A stretch of 64,000 bases of DNA from Stegostoma tigrinum (GCF_030684315.1 NC_081360.1:15895210-15959209); one strand, 5' to 3'. Positions 37,196 to 51,105 are shown, numbered from the stretch's first letter. Numbers and translations: made by a program. Notes: a model not told the origin generated them from the letters alone.

Positions 37196-37327
37196 AAATA
37201 TTCGTCAAAGCTACAAAATGTGGATTTGGCCAAATTTAGCCCATCGTTAACAACATTTGTAAATCCGCAGTTTGATGAAAAGCAGGATGAACCAGTGAGA
37301 GTCTCCTCACAGCTGTCAGTTGCTCAG
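37196..37327 (+). CDS. Repeat exon R1 (132 nt): KYSSKLQNVDLAKFSPSLTTFVNPQFDEKQDEPVRVSSQLSVAQ
   Basis: tttttccatacAG / CAG|GTAATT, open, homologous to the other repeat exons. Confidence 0.8.
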
Positions 37328-39014
37328 GTAATTCTGAACAGCTGAAACTCGAATCTCACCTCGATAATCCAAAGGTGAAATGAGTTACCAATTGGAAGGG
37401 TCACTAAAATCTATTTGAGGTTAATGGGTCAGGGTGTACGTGTAGTGATTTTATACATACACAGCACAATGCAGTTTATTCACAGCCTCCTCAATGTCGC
37501 TTCAGAGTTTTATGTTCTTTTGGTGTTGTTTAATTTAACCATGATGTTCTTGAGTAGCTGCCTCAAATCATTAATCAGCAGTTTTATTATCAAATGTAAT
37601 TAGAGGCAGCAGATTGAAAGACCTGTGTTTCTGATCAAACTTGGAACAGGAAATGGATGTGGGGCAGGAGTAGTGAATGTGTTGTAATCACATATGCAGA
37701 CCACACAAAAGTAGGTGGAAAGGCAGGCTGCCAAAGGGATACAAACAGTTTGCAGAGAGATATTGATAGGGTAGGTAAGTAAGCAGAATGTTAGCAAATG
37801 GAATATCATATGGAATAATGTGAAATTGTTAATTTTGAAAGAGAGCACAAAAGAACAAGATATGATTTGAATAGAGGGAAACTGCAGAAAGCTGCAACAC
37901 TAATGGACTTCCAGGGTTTCTTGTGCACAAAACACCGAATGCTAGCACACTGTGCAATGGGTAATCAGGAAGGCTAATGGAATGTTGACCCTTATTTCAA
38001 TAGGGTTGGAGTCATGGCACGGTAACCCAATCTGTCATTGCCAACTCACATCCCTACCCTTGTAGTTTCCCTTATTAAGATTCTGGAGCCTAGATTCAGA
38101 GTCAACGCCTTCACTCTCCATTTCAATGAGCAATTCTATCATGTTATGTTTGATCTTCCCTAAAGGACCCTGCACAACATTGTTGTTAATTCATCCATTC
38201 TCATTGCAAAATGCGCAGGCTCAGATCACCTGATTCCCTAGCTTGTTCTTCTATATACCAATTCCAAAGGCATCACATATTTTATCCAGGAAATTCTCCT
38301 TTGCTAATATTGCTAATTTGTTTAGTTTAATCTATGTAGATTGATGTTGCCAATGCTTACAGTTGTACAGATATTACATATGTCCAACAATGTTACTAGT
38401 GCTATATGTTATTCATGATCATGGCATAGTTGCTGTTATGGAAATCTGGTTGCAGATTAACTGAAGATGGAATCTGAACACTGGGGGTATTTAATATATT
38501 TGAAAGACAGACAAAGAGTGAAAGGAGGTGAGGTGACATCGTTAGGAAGGGAGGATATGGGATTTTATGTGGAGTGAGTGAAATATCAAGGGGGAGAAAC
38601 ATTGATGGGGATTGTCTATCAGCCTCAAACAGCAGCAGCTGTAGAAGGGAAAACATTAATCAAGAGATTGGAGACACAGGCACTAAGAAGGGCAGTGTCT
38701 CTCACTTCACTTCTGGAATTCAGGTCTTTTAAACATGATTGGAGCAATGCTCTAGCGAGGTCTAGTTATTGACAAATAAATGCCACACACTATGCTGATG
38801 TAGAACTAATCTGTGTTCCTTCCCTGTTGCTGGGTCAAAGACCTGGATCTCCCTCCCTGATGGAACTGTGGGTATTCTTACATCCCTGCTGTGTTACAGT
38901 TCAAGATGATGACTCACTACTGCCCTCTCAAAAGGGCACTCAGGAAGGGGCAATAAATGCTCAATAGTTGTCATGTCCCATTATTGTACAAGAAAACAAA
39001 TCCTCCCTGGATTT

Positions 39015-39923
39015 TCGGTAGGCATCTGCGGATGACGTTTTGGGGGTTTCCATCCATAGCAAAGAATTTGGACACAGGCTGTTCCTCTTTCTTGCATAGC
39101 TGTATTAGGAAACTATTTAAACAGACCATGACACACTGCAACACTCCGGAACTACACAGGAAAGAGGAAGAGCACCTATACAGAATCCTCACCATAAAGG
39201 GATATCCCACAACTTCATCTGCAGATGCCGACTAAATAGACAACAACAAGAGGACACAGTACACCCTAACACACTGGCCACACTGCCCTACATCAAGACT
39301 ATATTGGAACTTACAACCAGACTCCTATGGCCATGAGGAATCAAGATAGCACACAAGCCCACACCATGCTACAATAAACACTCACAAGGATTAAAGACTC
39401 CATTCCCACAACATGCAGAACCAAAGTGGTTTACAAAATACCATGCAATGATTGCCACAGACATTAGGTCGGACAGACAGCAAGGAAACTAGCCATTAGA
39501 ATACGTGGACAACAACTAGCAGCAAAATGGCATGGCGCACTCTCCTTAATATCTGTATATTCAGACAATGAAGACCATTGGTTTAACTAGGTCAAGGTAA
39601 CTATAGTAGCTCAAGTGAAACATAGACATGCTCGGGAATTCCTAGAGGCATGGTTCTCCACCTGTAATGCAATCTACAAACATATAGAATTGGACCCCAT
39701 ATACAAACCCATGCAGATCAAAACCAGAAATGACACTACTCACCATAACGGCCCAGACAGTATAAATTCCAAGCAGAATAGAACAACATCGCTTCACCAG
39801 AGGCCTCACTGATGATGTCACCTAGCATGGTGATGGAACATCTGACTGAAAACAAGCCAGCTCGACCAGCAAGTCAACAACCTCACCCACAATCCAAGCT
39901 TTAAATCTTTGCTAAAACTTTAA
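39015..39923 (+). mobile_element. Penelope-like element (family 2), decayed, with a short 5' inversion
   Basis: CIRKLFKQTMTHCNTPELHRKEEEHL, VVYKIPCNDC..VGQT (GIY-YIG), HAREFLEAWFS; pLTR with degenerate HHR ctgatgatgtcacctagcatggtgatggaac. Confidence 0.85.
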
Positions 39924-41432
39924 ACTGATTTTCTTCATTTTCTCTCTGGGCCCTTGGTCTCACATTTCTGAGAAATTATCTGTGACCTCTTCTATGAAGA
40001 TAGAACTGAAATAGGTATTCAATTCTTCTGCAAACTCCTTGTTGTCCATTGTAATTTCCCCCACATCTGACATGGGGCCTAAATTTGTTTCCTCTAATCG
40101 TATTCTCTTCACATGTTAATAGAAGGTAATACAAACAGTATTTTATAGTCCCTCCATGTTTACTCTCATTCTTTATTTTAGCTCTCTGATCAAATTTTTG
40201 TCCTCTTTTGCTGATTTCTGATTTGCTCCTAGTCCTCAGGCTTGCTGCTTTTTCTGCCTCTTTTGATCTAATACTCTTCCTAGTTTATTTTGTAAATCAA
40301 GTTTGCACCATGTTTCCTGTTTTATTTTTGAGCCAAATCAAGCATAATTCATTGTAATTCATGCATATATTGCTTCAATATTAATCATAGCCCATCCGCT
40401 GCCAATCCTTTTCGTAAGATTCCCAAAACATCGTTGCCAACTCATAACCTCATACGCTCAGTTTCCTTTTTTTAGATTCGGGACACTAGTTACTAGTTTC
40501 AGAGTCAACATCTTCACTGTCCATCTAAATGAACAATCCCATCCATCTATGTTTGCTGTTCGCAAATATACCCAGCACAACAACATTGTTAATTAATCCT
40601 TACTCAATGTAGAACACACAGTCCAGCTTCATCCATACTCAGATTGGTATTTCAATGTATCAGTCTAAAATGTACCACAACTAGAACCAAGAAACCCTTG
40701 TCCACACTATTATTGCTAACTTGGTGTGCACCAAATATATGTATGTCACCTATGTTTACATTCTACACTTTTTGCATATGTCTAACAATACCACCAGCTC
40801 TGAACATTATCAATGGTTATGATACAGTTGAATTTATGGAGATATGGCAGCATGTTCAACAAGGATGGGATCTGAACACCAGGGCGATTCAATACTTGGG
40901 ATAGACAGGCAAAGAGTGATAGGAGGACAGATAGAGTTGTCAGTAAGGGAGGATATTGGCTGGGAAAATCGTGATATGGAATTGCTTGGGGAGCAAGTGA
41001 AATACAAAGGGGCAAAAACATTGATGGGAGCTCTGCTTCAGCCCCAAACTGTGGCGGACCTGTAAGGGAAAGCTTTAAATCGGAGATTAAAGACATACGC
41101 AGTGAGAGGCATGTAACTCTCGCTTCACTTCTGGAATTCAGTTCTTCTGAACATGTTTGGAACAAGGATCTAGTGAGGTCTGGTTATTGCTGAATAAATG
41201 CCACACACTGTGCTGACTTGGAACTAATCTGCATTCCTTCACTGGGTCAAACACCTGGATCTCCCTCCTAATGGAACTGTAAGTATTCCTACCATCCCGC
41301 GCTGCAGCACTTCAAGATGGTTGCTCACTACTGCCCTCTCAAGGGCAACCAGGAATGGTTAACAAATGCTCAGCGATGCTCACATCCCATTAATGTTCAA
41401 GAAAACAAATCTCTTTTTATATTTCAATACAG

Positions 41433-41546
41433 AAACTTTTATCAGAACGACGAAGTAGTCCCTCCTTATCAGCATCTGTAAATCCACGAGACAATGAAAA
41501 GCAAGATCAAGTATCAGGGACAGCCTCAGAGCCGTCAATTCTTCAG
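41433..41546 (+). CDS. Repeat exon R2 (114 nt): KLLSERRSSPSLSASVNPRDNEKQDQVSGTASEPSILQ
   Basis: atttcaatacAG / CAG|GTAATG, in-frame 18-nt deletion relative to R1. Confidence 0.8.
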
Positions 41547-41570
41547 GTAATGACCAACTCCCAAACTGGA

Positions 41571-41669
41571 AGTTCTGAGGAAGGGTCACCAGATCTGGAA
41601 AGTTAACAGTGATTTTCCTTCACAGATACTGCCAGACCTGCTGAGCTTTTCGAGCAACTTCTGTTTTTG
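41571..41669 (+). mobile_element. Short pLTR-type insertion, TSD tcccaaactgg (duplicate copy at about 43306-43404)
   Basis: tctgaggaagggtcaccagatctggaaagttaac..gacctgctgagcttttcgagcaacttctgtttttg between direct repeats. Confidence 0.7.
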
Positions 41670-43167
41670 TCCCAAACTGGTATCTCACTGCAGTAATCCA
41701 ACAGTCAAATGATTTACTCATAGGAAGGGTCACTAAAATGTGTTTGAGGTTGATGGGTCAGGGCGTGTGTGCGGTGATTTTGCACAGACACAGCACAATG
41801 CAGTTTATTCATCCCCCATCAACGTCATTTCAGAGTTTTACTTTTTTTTGGTGTTGTTTGATTTAACCAGGGTATTCTTGTGTGACTGCTTTAAGGTCAT
41901 TAATCAGCAGTTTTATGATCAAATATAATTAGAGGCAGCAGCTTGAAAGGCCTGGATTTCAGACCAAACTGGGAACAGAACATGGGATGTGAGGGAGGGG
42001 CTGAGATGTGCTCTTTGATGTATTCAACAAATAACAGGGTAATGTGTGAGCTGCGCAGACTGAACGCCAAACACTCTCATGGCCTAAAAAGGGGTGGGCT
42101 TGAAGGTGTTGATTCTGTGCAAATAAAGGCAACAAATCTCTTTGGTGGTGCAGTGGTCACGTAACTGGGCAATAATTCCGAAGCCCAGAGCTGTGGTCTC
42201 GAGACCTGGGTTCAGATCCCACTGAAGCGGAGAGGAAGGAATGAGAGTAGAAATTCAGGAAATGGGTTGGACACAGATGAACGCCCTGTCCGCAGCAATG
42301 AAGGGGACTCCTCATTGAGAGGAGGAGGAAAGCATGTCAGAAGTACCATTGTGGAAGGTGCATCCTCAGCACAAGGGTAGAGGAGATGGAGGAAATGAGG
42401 GAGTGCAATGGAATTCTTACAGCAAGCAGGATGTGAGGAAGTATAGTTAGGCAAGCTGTAGGTGTCTCTATGGGATTGAGATGAGCATTAGTAGACATTG
42501 GACCCCGGAAACTGAGATGTAAAAATCAGGCATAAAAAGAGTCAGGGATGGATTCGGTAAAGGTGAGAGAATGATGACGATTGGGAAATGAAACTGATGA
42601 TAGTTTTTAGTTCTGTCAAGAGCTGGAAGGGATGAAGACATGAGTGTTAATTTACTGGGAAAAGAATATGGAAAGTGGAGCCTGAGACTTTCCAGGTATC
42701 CTGTTAATGTATCTTTTAGTATTGACTCCAACGTTTTCCCCATGACTGCTGTTAAGCTATCTGGTCCGCAATTCTCTGTTATTTCTCTTCCTCTTCTTTT
42801 AAATAGTTGTGTTAGGTTTGCCACCATCCAATCTGTAAGAACAGTTCCATAGTCTATAGATTTTGAGAAAATGACCTCCAAAGCCACTTCCCTTAATCAG
42901 GGAATAAGGCTTGAGTAATCTTTGGTTATTGCTGAATATGCTGACTTGGAACAAATCTGTGTTCCTTACCTGTTGCTTGGTCAAAGACCTGGATCTCCCT
43001 CCCTGATGTAACTGTGGGTATTCCTACAGCCCTGCCCTGTAGCAGTTCAAGATGGTTGCTCACTACTGCCCTCTCAAGGGAAATCAGGGATGGGCAATAA
43101 ATGCTCAGTGATGCTCGCATTCGATTAATGTACTAAAAAGCAATTTTTTTTTAACATTTCAATACAG

Positions 43168-43281
43168 AGATATTTATCAGAGCAACAAAGAAGTCCATCC
43201 TTATCAGCATCTTTAAATCCACAGGACAATGAGGAGCAACATGAAGTATCAGGGACAGCCTCAGAGCTGTCAATTCTTCAG
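43168..43281 (+). CDS. Repeat exon R3 (114 nt): RYLSEQQRSPSLSASLNPQDNEEQHEVSGTASELSILQ
   Basis: catttcaatacAG / CAG|GTAATG, sister copy of R2. Confidence 0.8.
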
Positions 43282-44079
43282 GTAATGACCAACTCCCAAA
43301 CTGGAAGTTCTGAGGAAGGGTCACCAGATCTGGAAAGTTAACAGTGATTTTCCTTCACAGATACTGCCAGATCTGCTGAGCTTTTCGAGCAACTTCTGTT
43401 TTTGTCCCAAACTGGTATCTCACTGCAGTAATCCAACAGTCAAATGATTTACTCATAGGAAGGATCACTAAAATGTGTTTGAGGTTGATGGGTCAGGGCG
43501 TGTGTGTGGTGATTTTGCACAGACACAGCACAATGCAGTTTATTCATCCCCCATCAACATCATTTCAGAGTTTTACGTTTTGTTTTGCTGTTATTTGATT
43601 TAACCAAGGTGTTCTTGTGTGACTGCTTTGAGATCATTAATCAGCAGTTTTATGATCAAATATAATTAGGGACAGCAGATTGAAAGATATGGATTTCAGA
43701 GCAAACTGGGAACAGAACATGGGATGTGAGGGAGGGGTTGAGATGTGCTCTTTGACGTATGCAACAAATAACAGGGTAATGTGTGAGCTATGTAGACTCC
43801 AGGATTGACTCCAGTATTTTCCCCGTGACTGGTGTTAAGCTATCAGGTCTGTGACTGTCTGTTATTTCTCTCCCTATTATGTTCCTTCCCTGTTGCTGGG
43901 TCAAAGACCTGGATCTCCATCCCTAGTGGAACTATGGGTATTCCTGCAGCAGTTCCAGATGGTTGCTTACTACTGCCCTCTCAAAAGAGCACTCAGGGAG
44001 GGACAATAAATACTCAATAGTAGTCACATCCCATTAAGGTATAAGAAAACAAATTCTCTCCGTTTATATTTCAACACAG

Positions 44080-44208
44080 AAATATTTATCAAGACAACTA
44101 AGTGTGAATAGAAACAAATCAAGCCCATCCTTAGCAGTATCTGAAAATCCACAGGGCAAAAAGCAAGATGAAGCAGTTCGGACATCCTCAGGGCTGTCAG
44201 TTCATCAG
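44080..44208 (+). CDS. Repeat exon R4 (129 nt): KYLSRQLSVNRNKSSPSLAVSENPQGKKQDEAVRTSSGLSVHQ
   Basis: atttcaacacAG / CAG|GTAATT, open. Confidence 0.8.
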
Positions 44209-44359
44209 GTAATTATTAACTGCCTAAACTGGATTCTCACTGCAATTGCCCAATAGTGAAATGTTTATCTAATAGGAGGCATCACTAATATGTGTTTGAG
44301 GTTGACAGGTCAAAGCGAGTGTGTGGTGATTTAGTACAGACACAGCACAGTGCAGTTTA

Positions 44360-45601
44360 GAACATAGAACACAGAACAACTCAGCGCAGAACAGGCTCTT
44401 CGGCCCTCGATGTTGTGCCGACCTGTGAACTAATCTAAGCCCCTCCCCCTACACCATCCCATCAATATCCGTATGCTTACACAAGGACTGTTTCAATGCC
44501 CCTAAAGTGGCTGAGTTCACTACATTGGCAGGCAGGGCGTTCCATGCCCTTACCACTCTGAGTAAAGAACCTGCCTCTGGCATCTATCTTAAATCTATCA
44601 CCCCTCAATGTGTAGCTATGCCCCCTTGTACAAGCTGAAGCCAGCATCCCCGGAAAAAGACTCTCACTGTCCACCCTATCTAATCTTCTGATCATCTTGT
44701 ATGTCTCTATTAAATCCCCTCTTAGCCTTCTTCTCTCCAAAGAGAACAGACCCAAGTCCCTAAGCCTTTCTTCGTAAGGCCTGCGCTCCAGATCAGGCAA
44801 CATCCTGGTAAATCTCCTCTACACCTTTTCCAATGCTTCCACATCCTTCCTGTAATGGGGCGACCAGAACTGCACGCAATATTCCAAATGAGGCCACACT
44901 AGCGTTTTGTACAGTTGCATCATGACATCACGGGTCCGGAACTCAATCCCTCTACCAATAAAACCTAACACACCGTAAGCCTTCTTAACAGCACTATCAA
45001 CCTGGGTGGCAACTTTCAGGGATCTATGTACATGGACACCAAGATCCCTCTGCACATCCACACTACCAAGAATCTTTCCATTGACCTGGTATTCTGCCTT
45101 CCTATTATTCCTCCCAAAGTGAATCACCTCACATTTATCCATATTAAACTCCATTTTCCACCTTTCGGCCCAATTCTGCAGTTTATCCAAGTCTCCCTGC
45201 AACCTGCAACATTCTTCCACACTGTCCACCACTCCACCAACTTTAGTGTCATTTGCAAACTTACTAACCCATCCACCTATGCCTGCATCCAAGTCATTTA
45301 TATAAATGACAAACAGCAGTGGCCCCAAAACAGATCCTTGAGGCATGTCACTAGTAACTGGACTCTAGGCTGAATATTTTCCATCAACCACCACTCGTTG
45401 CCTTCTTACAGAAAGCCAGTTTCTAATCCAAACTGCTAAATCTCCCTCAATCCCGTGCCTCTGTATTTTCTCCAATAGCCTACCATGTGGAACCTTATCA
45501 AAGGCTTTACTGAAGTCCATGTACACCACGTCAACTGCCCTTCCCTCATCCACATGCTTGGTCACCTTCTCAAAAAACTCAATGAGGTAAATTTCAATGA
45601 G
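44360..45601 (-). mobile_element. Fairly young 5'-truncated CR1 LINE, TSD gttta
   Basis: VDVVYMDFSKAFDKVPH, PQGSVLGPLLFVIYINDL, FANDTK; GTTCTAT-type tail; one stop and frameshifts; TSD at 44355-44359 and 45602-45606. Confidence 0.95.
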
Positions 45602-45935
45602 GTTTATTCATGCCCCCGTCAGGATCATTTCAGATTTTTATGTTCTTTAATTTAACCAGGAGTGTTTTGAGTACCTGCCTCAGATTATTAATCAGACATT
45701 TTGTGATGAGAGGCAGCAAATAGAATATTCTGGAATTCTGATGAAACTTTTAACAGGATGTAGGGTAGAAAGGAGAGGTTATGGGGTGCTCTGGGCGGTC
45801 TTTGATGTATGCAACATGTAACACTGTAATGTTTTGGCTGTGTAGACTCAGCAACCTCACGGTTTGTAAAGGGGTGGGCTACAAGGTGTGGATTCTGCAT
45901 ATCTGTGAGGCCACGTAAAGGCACAAAATCTGTTT

Positions 45936-46240
45936 GGTGGTGCAGTGGTAATGTAACTGGGCAATGATTCAGAACTCCAGACGTGTGATGATTGCCATAA
46001 GATCATTGTTAATTCTCATAAGAATCCATCTAGTTCACTAGTATGCTTTATGGAACGAAACCTGCCATCTTCACTTGATCAGCCCTATGTGTCCATCCAG
46101 TTCCACAGCAAGGTGGTTGACTTTTCATTGTGCTCTGAGATGACCCAACTAGCCACTCACTTCAAGTTCAATTAGTGATGGGCAACAAATGCTGGCCCTG
46201 TCAACAACACCCAAATCCCGTGAGAGAAGAAAAGAAAGAA
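45936..46240 (+). mobile_element. tRNA-derived Deu-type SINE (SacSINE1-like), internally deleted
   Basis: A-box ggtggtgcagtggt, central catctagttcacta..aaacctgcc..cacagcaaggtggttgact, and the tail shared with the family-2 LINE. Confidence 0.65.
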
Positions 46241-46259
46241 ACAGCTCTTAAATGAGAGT

Positions 46260-46910
46260 GGCTTTCTGCTTCAGTGGCCCACTTCACAGCGCAGGAATAT
46301 GGCTAATGAACTTATCATAGTGGCAATGATATACTGCAATATATTGCGCTGGCACCCCAGAGGCAGAGGGACAGGTAATAGATGAGAGGCGAGGGGAAGA
46401 GGTATTTGGTGATGACATCACACGGGACATGGTGGAAATGGTAAAGGATAATCCTTTGAATATGGAGCCCGTTGGAGTGGAATGTGTAGACAAGGGGAAT
46501 CCTATTCTGTTCTTGAGAGGGAGGAGCAACAGTAGAAACTCAGAAAATGGACGGGACACAGTTGAACACCCCGTCCATCACAGTGAAGGGGAATGCACAT
46601 TAAAGGAGATGGAAGACATGTCCAAAGTACCTTGGTAGAAGGTACTTCATCAGCACAAAGTAATGGAGATGGAGGACCTGAGAGAGTGGAATGGAGACCT
46701 TATGGCAAGCAGAATGTAAGAGGGTCTAGTCGAGCAAGCTATGGGTGTTTCTGTGGACTTGTGACAAGCATTAATAGACACTTATCCCCAGAAATTCAAT
46801 CATAAAAGTCAGGTATACAAATTGTCAAGGACGGGTTGGGTGAAGGTGAGAGAACGGCCGAAAATTGGAAATGTAAGTTGATGACAGATTTTTGTTCCAA
46901 GCAAAAGCTG
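46260..46910 (-). mobile_element. Old Penelope-like fragment (paralogous copy at about 42227-42640)
   Basis: NRIGFPLSTHSTPT-like remnant of RIPLVLTYHPT; homologous to 52900-53350. Confidence 0.6.
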
Positions 46911-48127
46911 GAAGAGCCTTAGATACAGTTGTTAATTTATTGGGTAAAGAGATGGGTGTGAGACTTTCCAAGTATTCTGTTATTGTATCTTTTGGAATGG
47001 ACTCCAACATTTCACCATGACTGATGTTAAACTATCTGGCCTGTGCTTCTCTGTTATTTTTCTCCCTCCTTTTTTAAATAGCTGCATTACATTTGCCACC
47101 CTCCAACCTATAGGAACTGCTCCATACTCTACAGATTTTGAGAGAATGACCACCAAATACGCTTCCATATTTCCAAGGCCACTTCCTTTAATATGCAGGG
47201 ATGTTGATTATCAGGAACTGAGAATTTTTCAGCCTTTAGTCATGTTAATTTCCAAAGCTCCATTTCTTTTCTTACCACTGCTTTTCTTCAATTTGTACCA
47301 ACTCCCTGGATCTCTGGTTGCCTAATATTTCTGGGTAATTATTTGTGCCCTTTTTTATGATGACAGAATTAAAGTAGTTCAGTTCTCTCTGCTATTTCTT
47401 TGTTTCCCATTATAATTTATCAGTTTCTGGACTGCAATGACATAAATTTGTCTCCTCTAATTTTATTCTCTTCATCTATTTGTAGAAGCTTTCACGGTCA
47501 GTTTGTATGTTTCTGACAAATGTATGCTCACACATTATCTTCCCTTTTTAGATCAATATTTTGTCCTCATTTGCTGAACTCTGAGGTGCTTCTAGTCCTC
47601 AGGCTTGCTGCTTTTTCTGTTTCACTTCTTAATTTATTCTTGGAAGTCATGATTGAGCCCTAAACGATACCAGTGCTGGAAGGGAAGGCATTAAATGAGA
47701 GATTAGACACCATAGCCTGTCCACTGCCATGTCTTTTCGGCCACTTTCCCCATCTGTCAGGGCCAACTTAGACTCCGAGTTACATTTACTTACATTCCAG
47801 GACCTGAGTTTCAGAATCAATGTCTTCACTCTCCATCTTAATAAACAATCCAGTCGTTTTATGTTTGATCTTCCCTAATGGAATAAATGCAACACACAAT
47901 GCTAATGTGGAATTAATATGTGTTCCTTCCCTGTTACTAAGTCCATCATCTAGACCCCCCTCACTATCGGAGCTGAATATTCCTACAGCCCTGCCCTGCA
48001 GGAGTTCAAGGTGGCGGATTAATACTGCCCACTGAAGGGCAATCAGATATGGGCAAAACCCGCTCAAAGCTGCTCACTTCACATAATGGATATGAAATGA
48101 ATCTTCTCCTCTTATGTGTCAAATCAG

Positions 48128-48259
48128 AGATATTCATCACGGCGAATAAGTATGAATGTGAACACGTGGCACACATCAGCAGAAGAATTTGGAAATCAAC
48201 ACAACGATGAAAACCAAGATGATGCAGAACCCGATTCTTCACATACTACAGCTGCTCAG
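48128..48259 (+). CDS. Repeat exon R5 (132 nt): RYSSRRISMNVNTWHTSAEEFGNQHNDENQDDAEPDSSHTTAAQ
   Basis: tgtgtcaaatcAG / CAG|GTAATA, open. Confidence 0.8.
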
Positions 48260-49465
48260 GTAATAACTAACTGCCTAAACTGGGATCTCACTTCAATAAT
48301 TCAACAGTGACATGAGTTACCAAACAGGAAGGGTCATTAATATCTGTTTGAGTTTGATAGGTCAGGGTGTGTATGTAGTGAATTTGTACATGCACATCAC
48401 AATGCAGTCGATTTGTAAGAACTCAATATCACTTGAGTTTTTTTTCATTTGATATTATTTAATTTAAGATTTAATGCTTCAGATCATTAATCAGCATTTC
48501 ATTCTCAATTACACTTAGAGGCAACAGATTGAAAGACCTGGATATCTGATGATATATGGAACAGGACATGGGGTGGGAAGGAGATGTTGAAGTGTGCTCT
48601 GGGTAGTCTTTGACCTATCCAACATGTAACAGTGTGCAGTGTGCGGCTGTGCAGGCTGAAGCCCAAACAACCTCATGGTTTGTAAAAGGGTGGTCTACGA
48701 GGTTGATCCTTTGAATATGGAACCTCTCAGTTGGAAGATGTAGACAAGTTGAATAACCAAACCTGTTTCAGAGAGGTCTCTATGTTCCTCCAAGTTCACT
48801 GTTGTACTTTATTAAACCCCAAATGATCCATTCTGTTGTGCTATTACCCTGAATTCTAAACAGCTTAGTTAGCAGGCTGGCTGATTTTAATGATGATCAT
48901 TTATGTCTCCTCTTTCAATGGAAAGCCACCTTAATTTTGTTTTATAATTCTGGTTAACACCACGTGATTTGTTTTGCATTTGTGCCAAATAAGTGTAAAG
49001 AACTACAGGAACTCATATCTCCAATCCTTCAATGTTAACTGTAGTCTGTCCACTGCCATGTCTTCTAGGTCAGTTGCCCCATCTCTCAGTATCAAATTAG
49101 ATCGCAAAACCTCCTAGTTCCCTTTAAACCCAATCCAGTATCTTAGTTTCAGAATGAATGTCTTCACACTCCATCTTAATAAACAATTCAGTCGTTTTAT
49201 GTTTGCTCTTCCCTGATTAAACAAATGTGATACACAATCCTGACGTGGAACTAATCTGTGTTCCTTCTGTTTTGCTGGGTCCACAAACTGGATCTCCCTC
49301 CATAACAGAACTCCATATTTCTATACCATGGCCCTGCAGGGGTATAAGGTGCCGCTCAAAACTGCCCTCTAGGGGCACACAGGGATGGGCAATAAAGGAT
49401 CAATGGTGCTCACATTCCATTAACGTGCAAGAAAATAAATCCTCTCCTCTTATGTGTCAAATCAG

Positions 49466-49597
49466 AGATATTCATCACGGCGAAAAAGTGTGAGTGTGAA
49501 CACATGGAACTCATCAACAGAAGAATTTGGAAATCAACACAACGATGAAAACCAAGATGATGCAGAACCGGGTACTTCACATACTACAGCTGCTCAG
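49466..49597 (+). CDS. Repeat exon R6 (132 nt): RYSSRRKSVSVNTWNSSTEEFGNQHNDENQDDAEPGTSHTTAAQ
   Basis: tgtgtcaaatcAG / CAG|GTAATC, open. Confidence 0.8.
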
Positions 49598-50066
49598 GTA
49601 ATCATTAACTGCCTAACCTGGGGTCTCACTTCAATAATTCAACAGTGAAATGAGTTACCAAATAGGAAGGGCCATTAATATCTGTTTGAGCTTCAGTGGG
49701 TCGGCGTTGTATGTAGTGACTTTGTACATGCACATCACAATGCGATCTGTTCGTAAGAGCTCAGTGTCATTTCAGATCTTTTTTCTCTTGGTATTTTTTA
49801 ATTTAAGAGTTAATGCTTCAGATCGTTAACCAGCATCTCATTAACGATTACAATTAGAGGCAACAGATTGAAAGACCTGGATTTCTGATTATACATGGAA
49901 CATGTGGGGTGGGAAGGAGAGATTGAAGTGTGCTCTGGATATTCTTGAACGTATACAACATGTAACAGTGTAATGTGGGGGCTGTGCAGACTAAATGCCA
50001 AGCAATGTCATGGCTAGTACAAGGGTGGTCTACAAGGATGATCCTTTAAATATGGAACGTCTCAAT

Positions 50067-50438
50067 TGGAAGATGTGGACAAGGTAAACCCTCTAACCTG
50101 TTTCTGAAAGGTATCTATGTTCATGAATGTTCACTGTTATACTTTGTTTTCCCCCAATGATCCATTCTGTTGTGCTATTACCCTGATTTCTAAGCAGCTT
50201 AGTCCTCAGGCTGGCTGATTTTAATGTTGATCTTTTCTGTCTCCTCTGTCAATGGAAGATGTGGACAAGATTGATCCCCTAACATGTTTCTGAGAGGTCT
50301 CTATGTGCCTGCATGTTCACTGTTATACTTTATTTTCCACAATGATCCATTCTGTTGTGCTGTTACGCTGAACTCTAAACAGCTCAGTGCACAGGCTTGC
50401 TGATTTTAATGATGATCTTTTATGTCTCCTCGTTCAAT
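50067..50438 (+). repeat. Local 186-bp tandem duplication inside one array intron
   Basis: tggaagatgtggacaag... starts at both 50067 and 50253. Confidence 0.85.
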
Positions 50439-50973
50439 GGAAATCCTCCTTAATTTTGTTCTTTAATTCAAGGTAAAGCCACATGATTTGTGCCAAATCA
50501 GAGGAAGTGATCGCTGGAATACATGTCTCCAATCCTTCAATATTTACCATAGCCTGTCCACTGCCATGTCTTTTCGGCAAGATCCCCCATTTATCAGTGC
50601 CAACTTTGATCTCATAACCTCCTAGTTCCCTTTAAATCCAATCCAAGACCTTAGTTTCAAAATCAATGTCTTCACTCTCCATCTTAATAAACAACTCTAT
50701 CATTTTATGTTTGCACTTCCCTGATGGAATAAATGCCACACACAATGCTGACGTGAGACTAATCTGTGTTCTTTCCATTATGCTGGGTCCACGAACTGGA
50801 TCTCCCTCCATAACAAAACTGAATATTTCCACAGCAATACCCTGCAGCATTCAAGGTGATGGCTCAAAGCTGCTCTCTAAAGGGCACACAGGGATGGGCA
50901 ATAAAGGATCAATAGTGCTCACATTCCATTAACATGCAAGAAAATAAATCCTCTCCTTTATTTGTCAAATCAG

Positions 50974-51105
50974 AGATATTTATCACGGCGAAAAAGTGTG
51001 AGTGTGAACACATGGAACTCATTAGCAGAAGAATTTGGAAGTCAACACAACGATGAGAACCAAGGTGGTGCAGAAGGGAGCTCCACACAAACTGCAGCTG
51101 CTCAG
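50974..51105 (+). CDS. Repeat exon R7 (132 nt): RYLSRRKSVSVNTWNSLAEEFGSQHNDENQGGAEGSSTQTAAAQ
   Basis: tttgtcaaatcAG / CAG|GTAATC, open. Confidence 0.8.
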
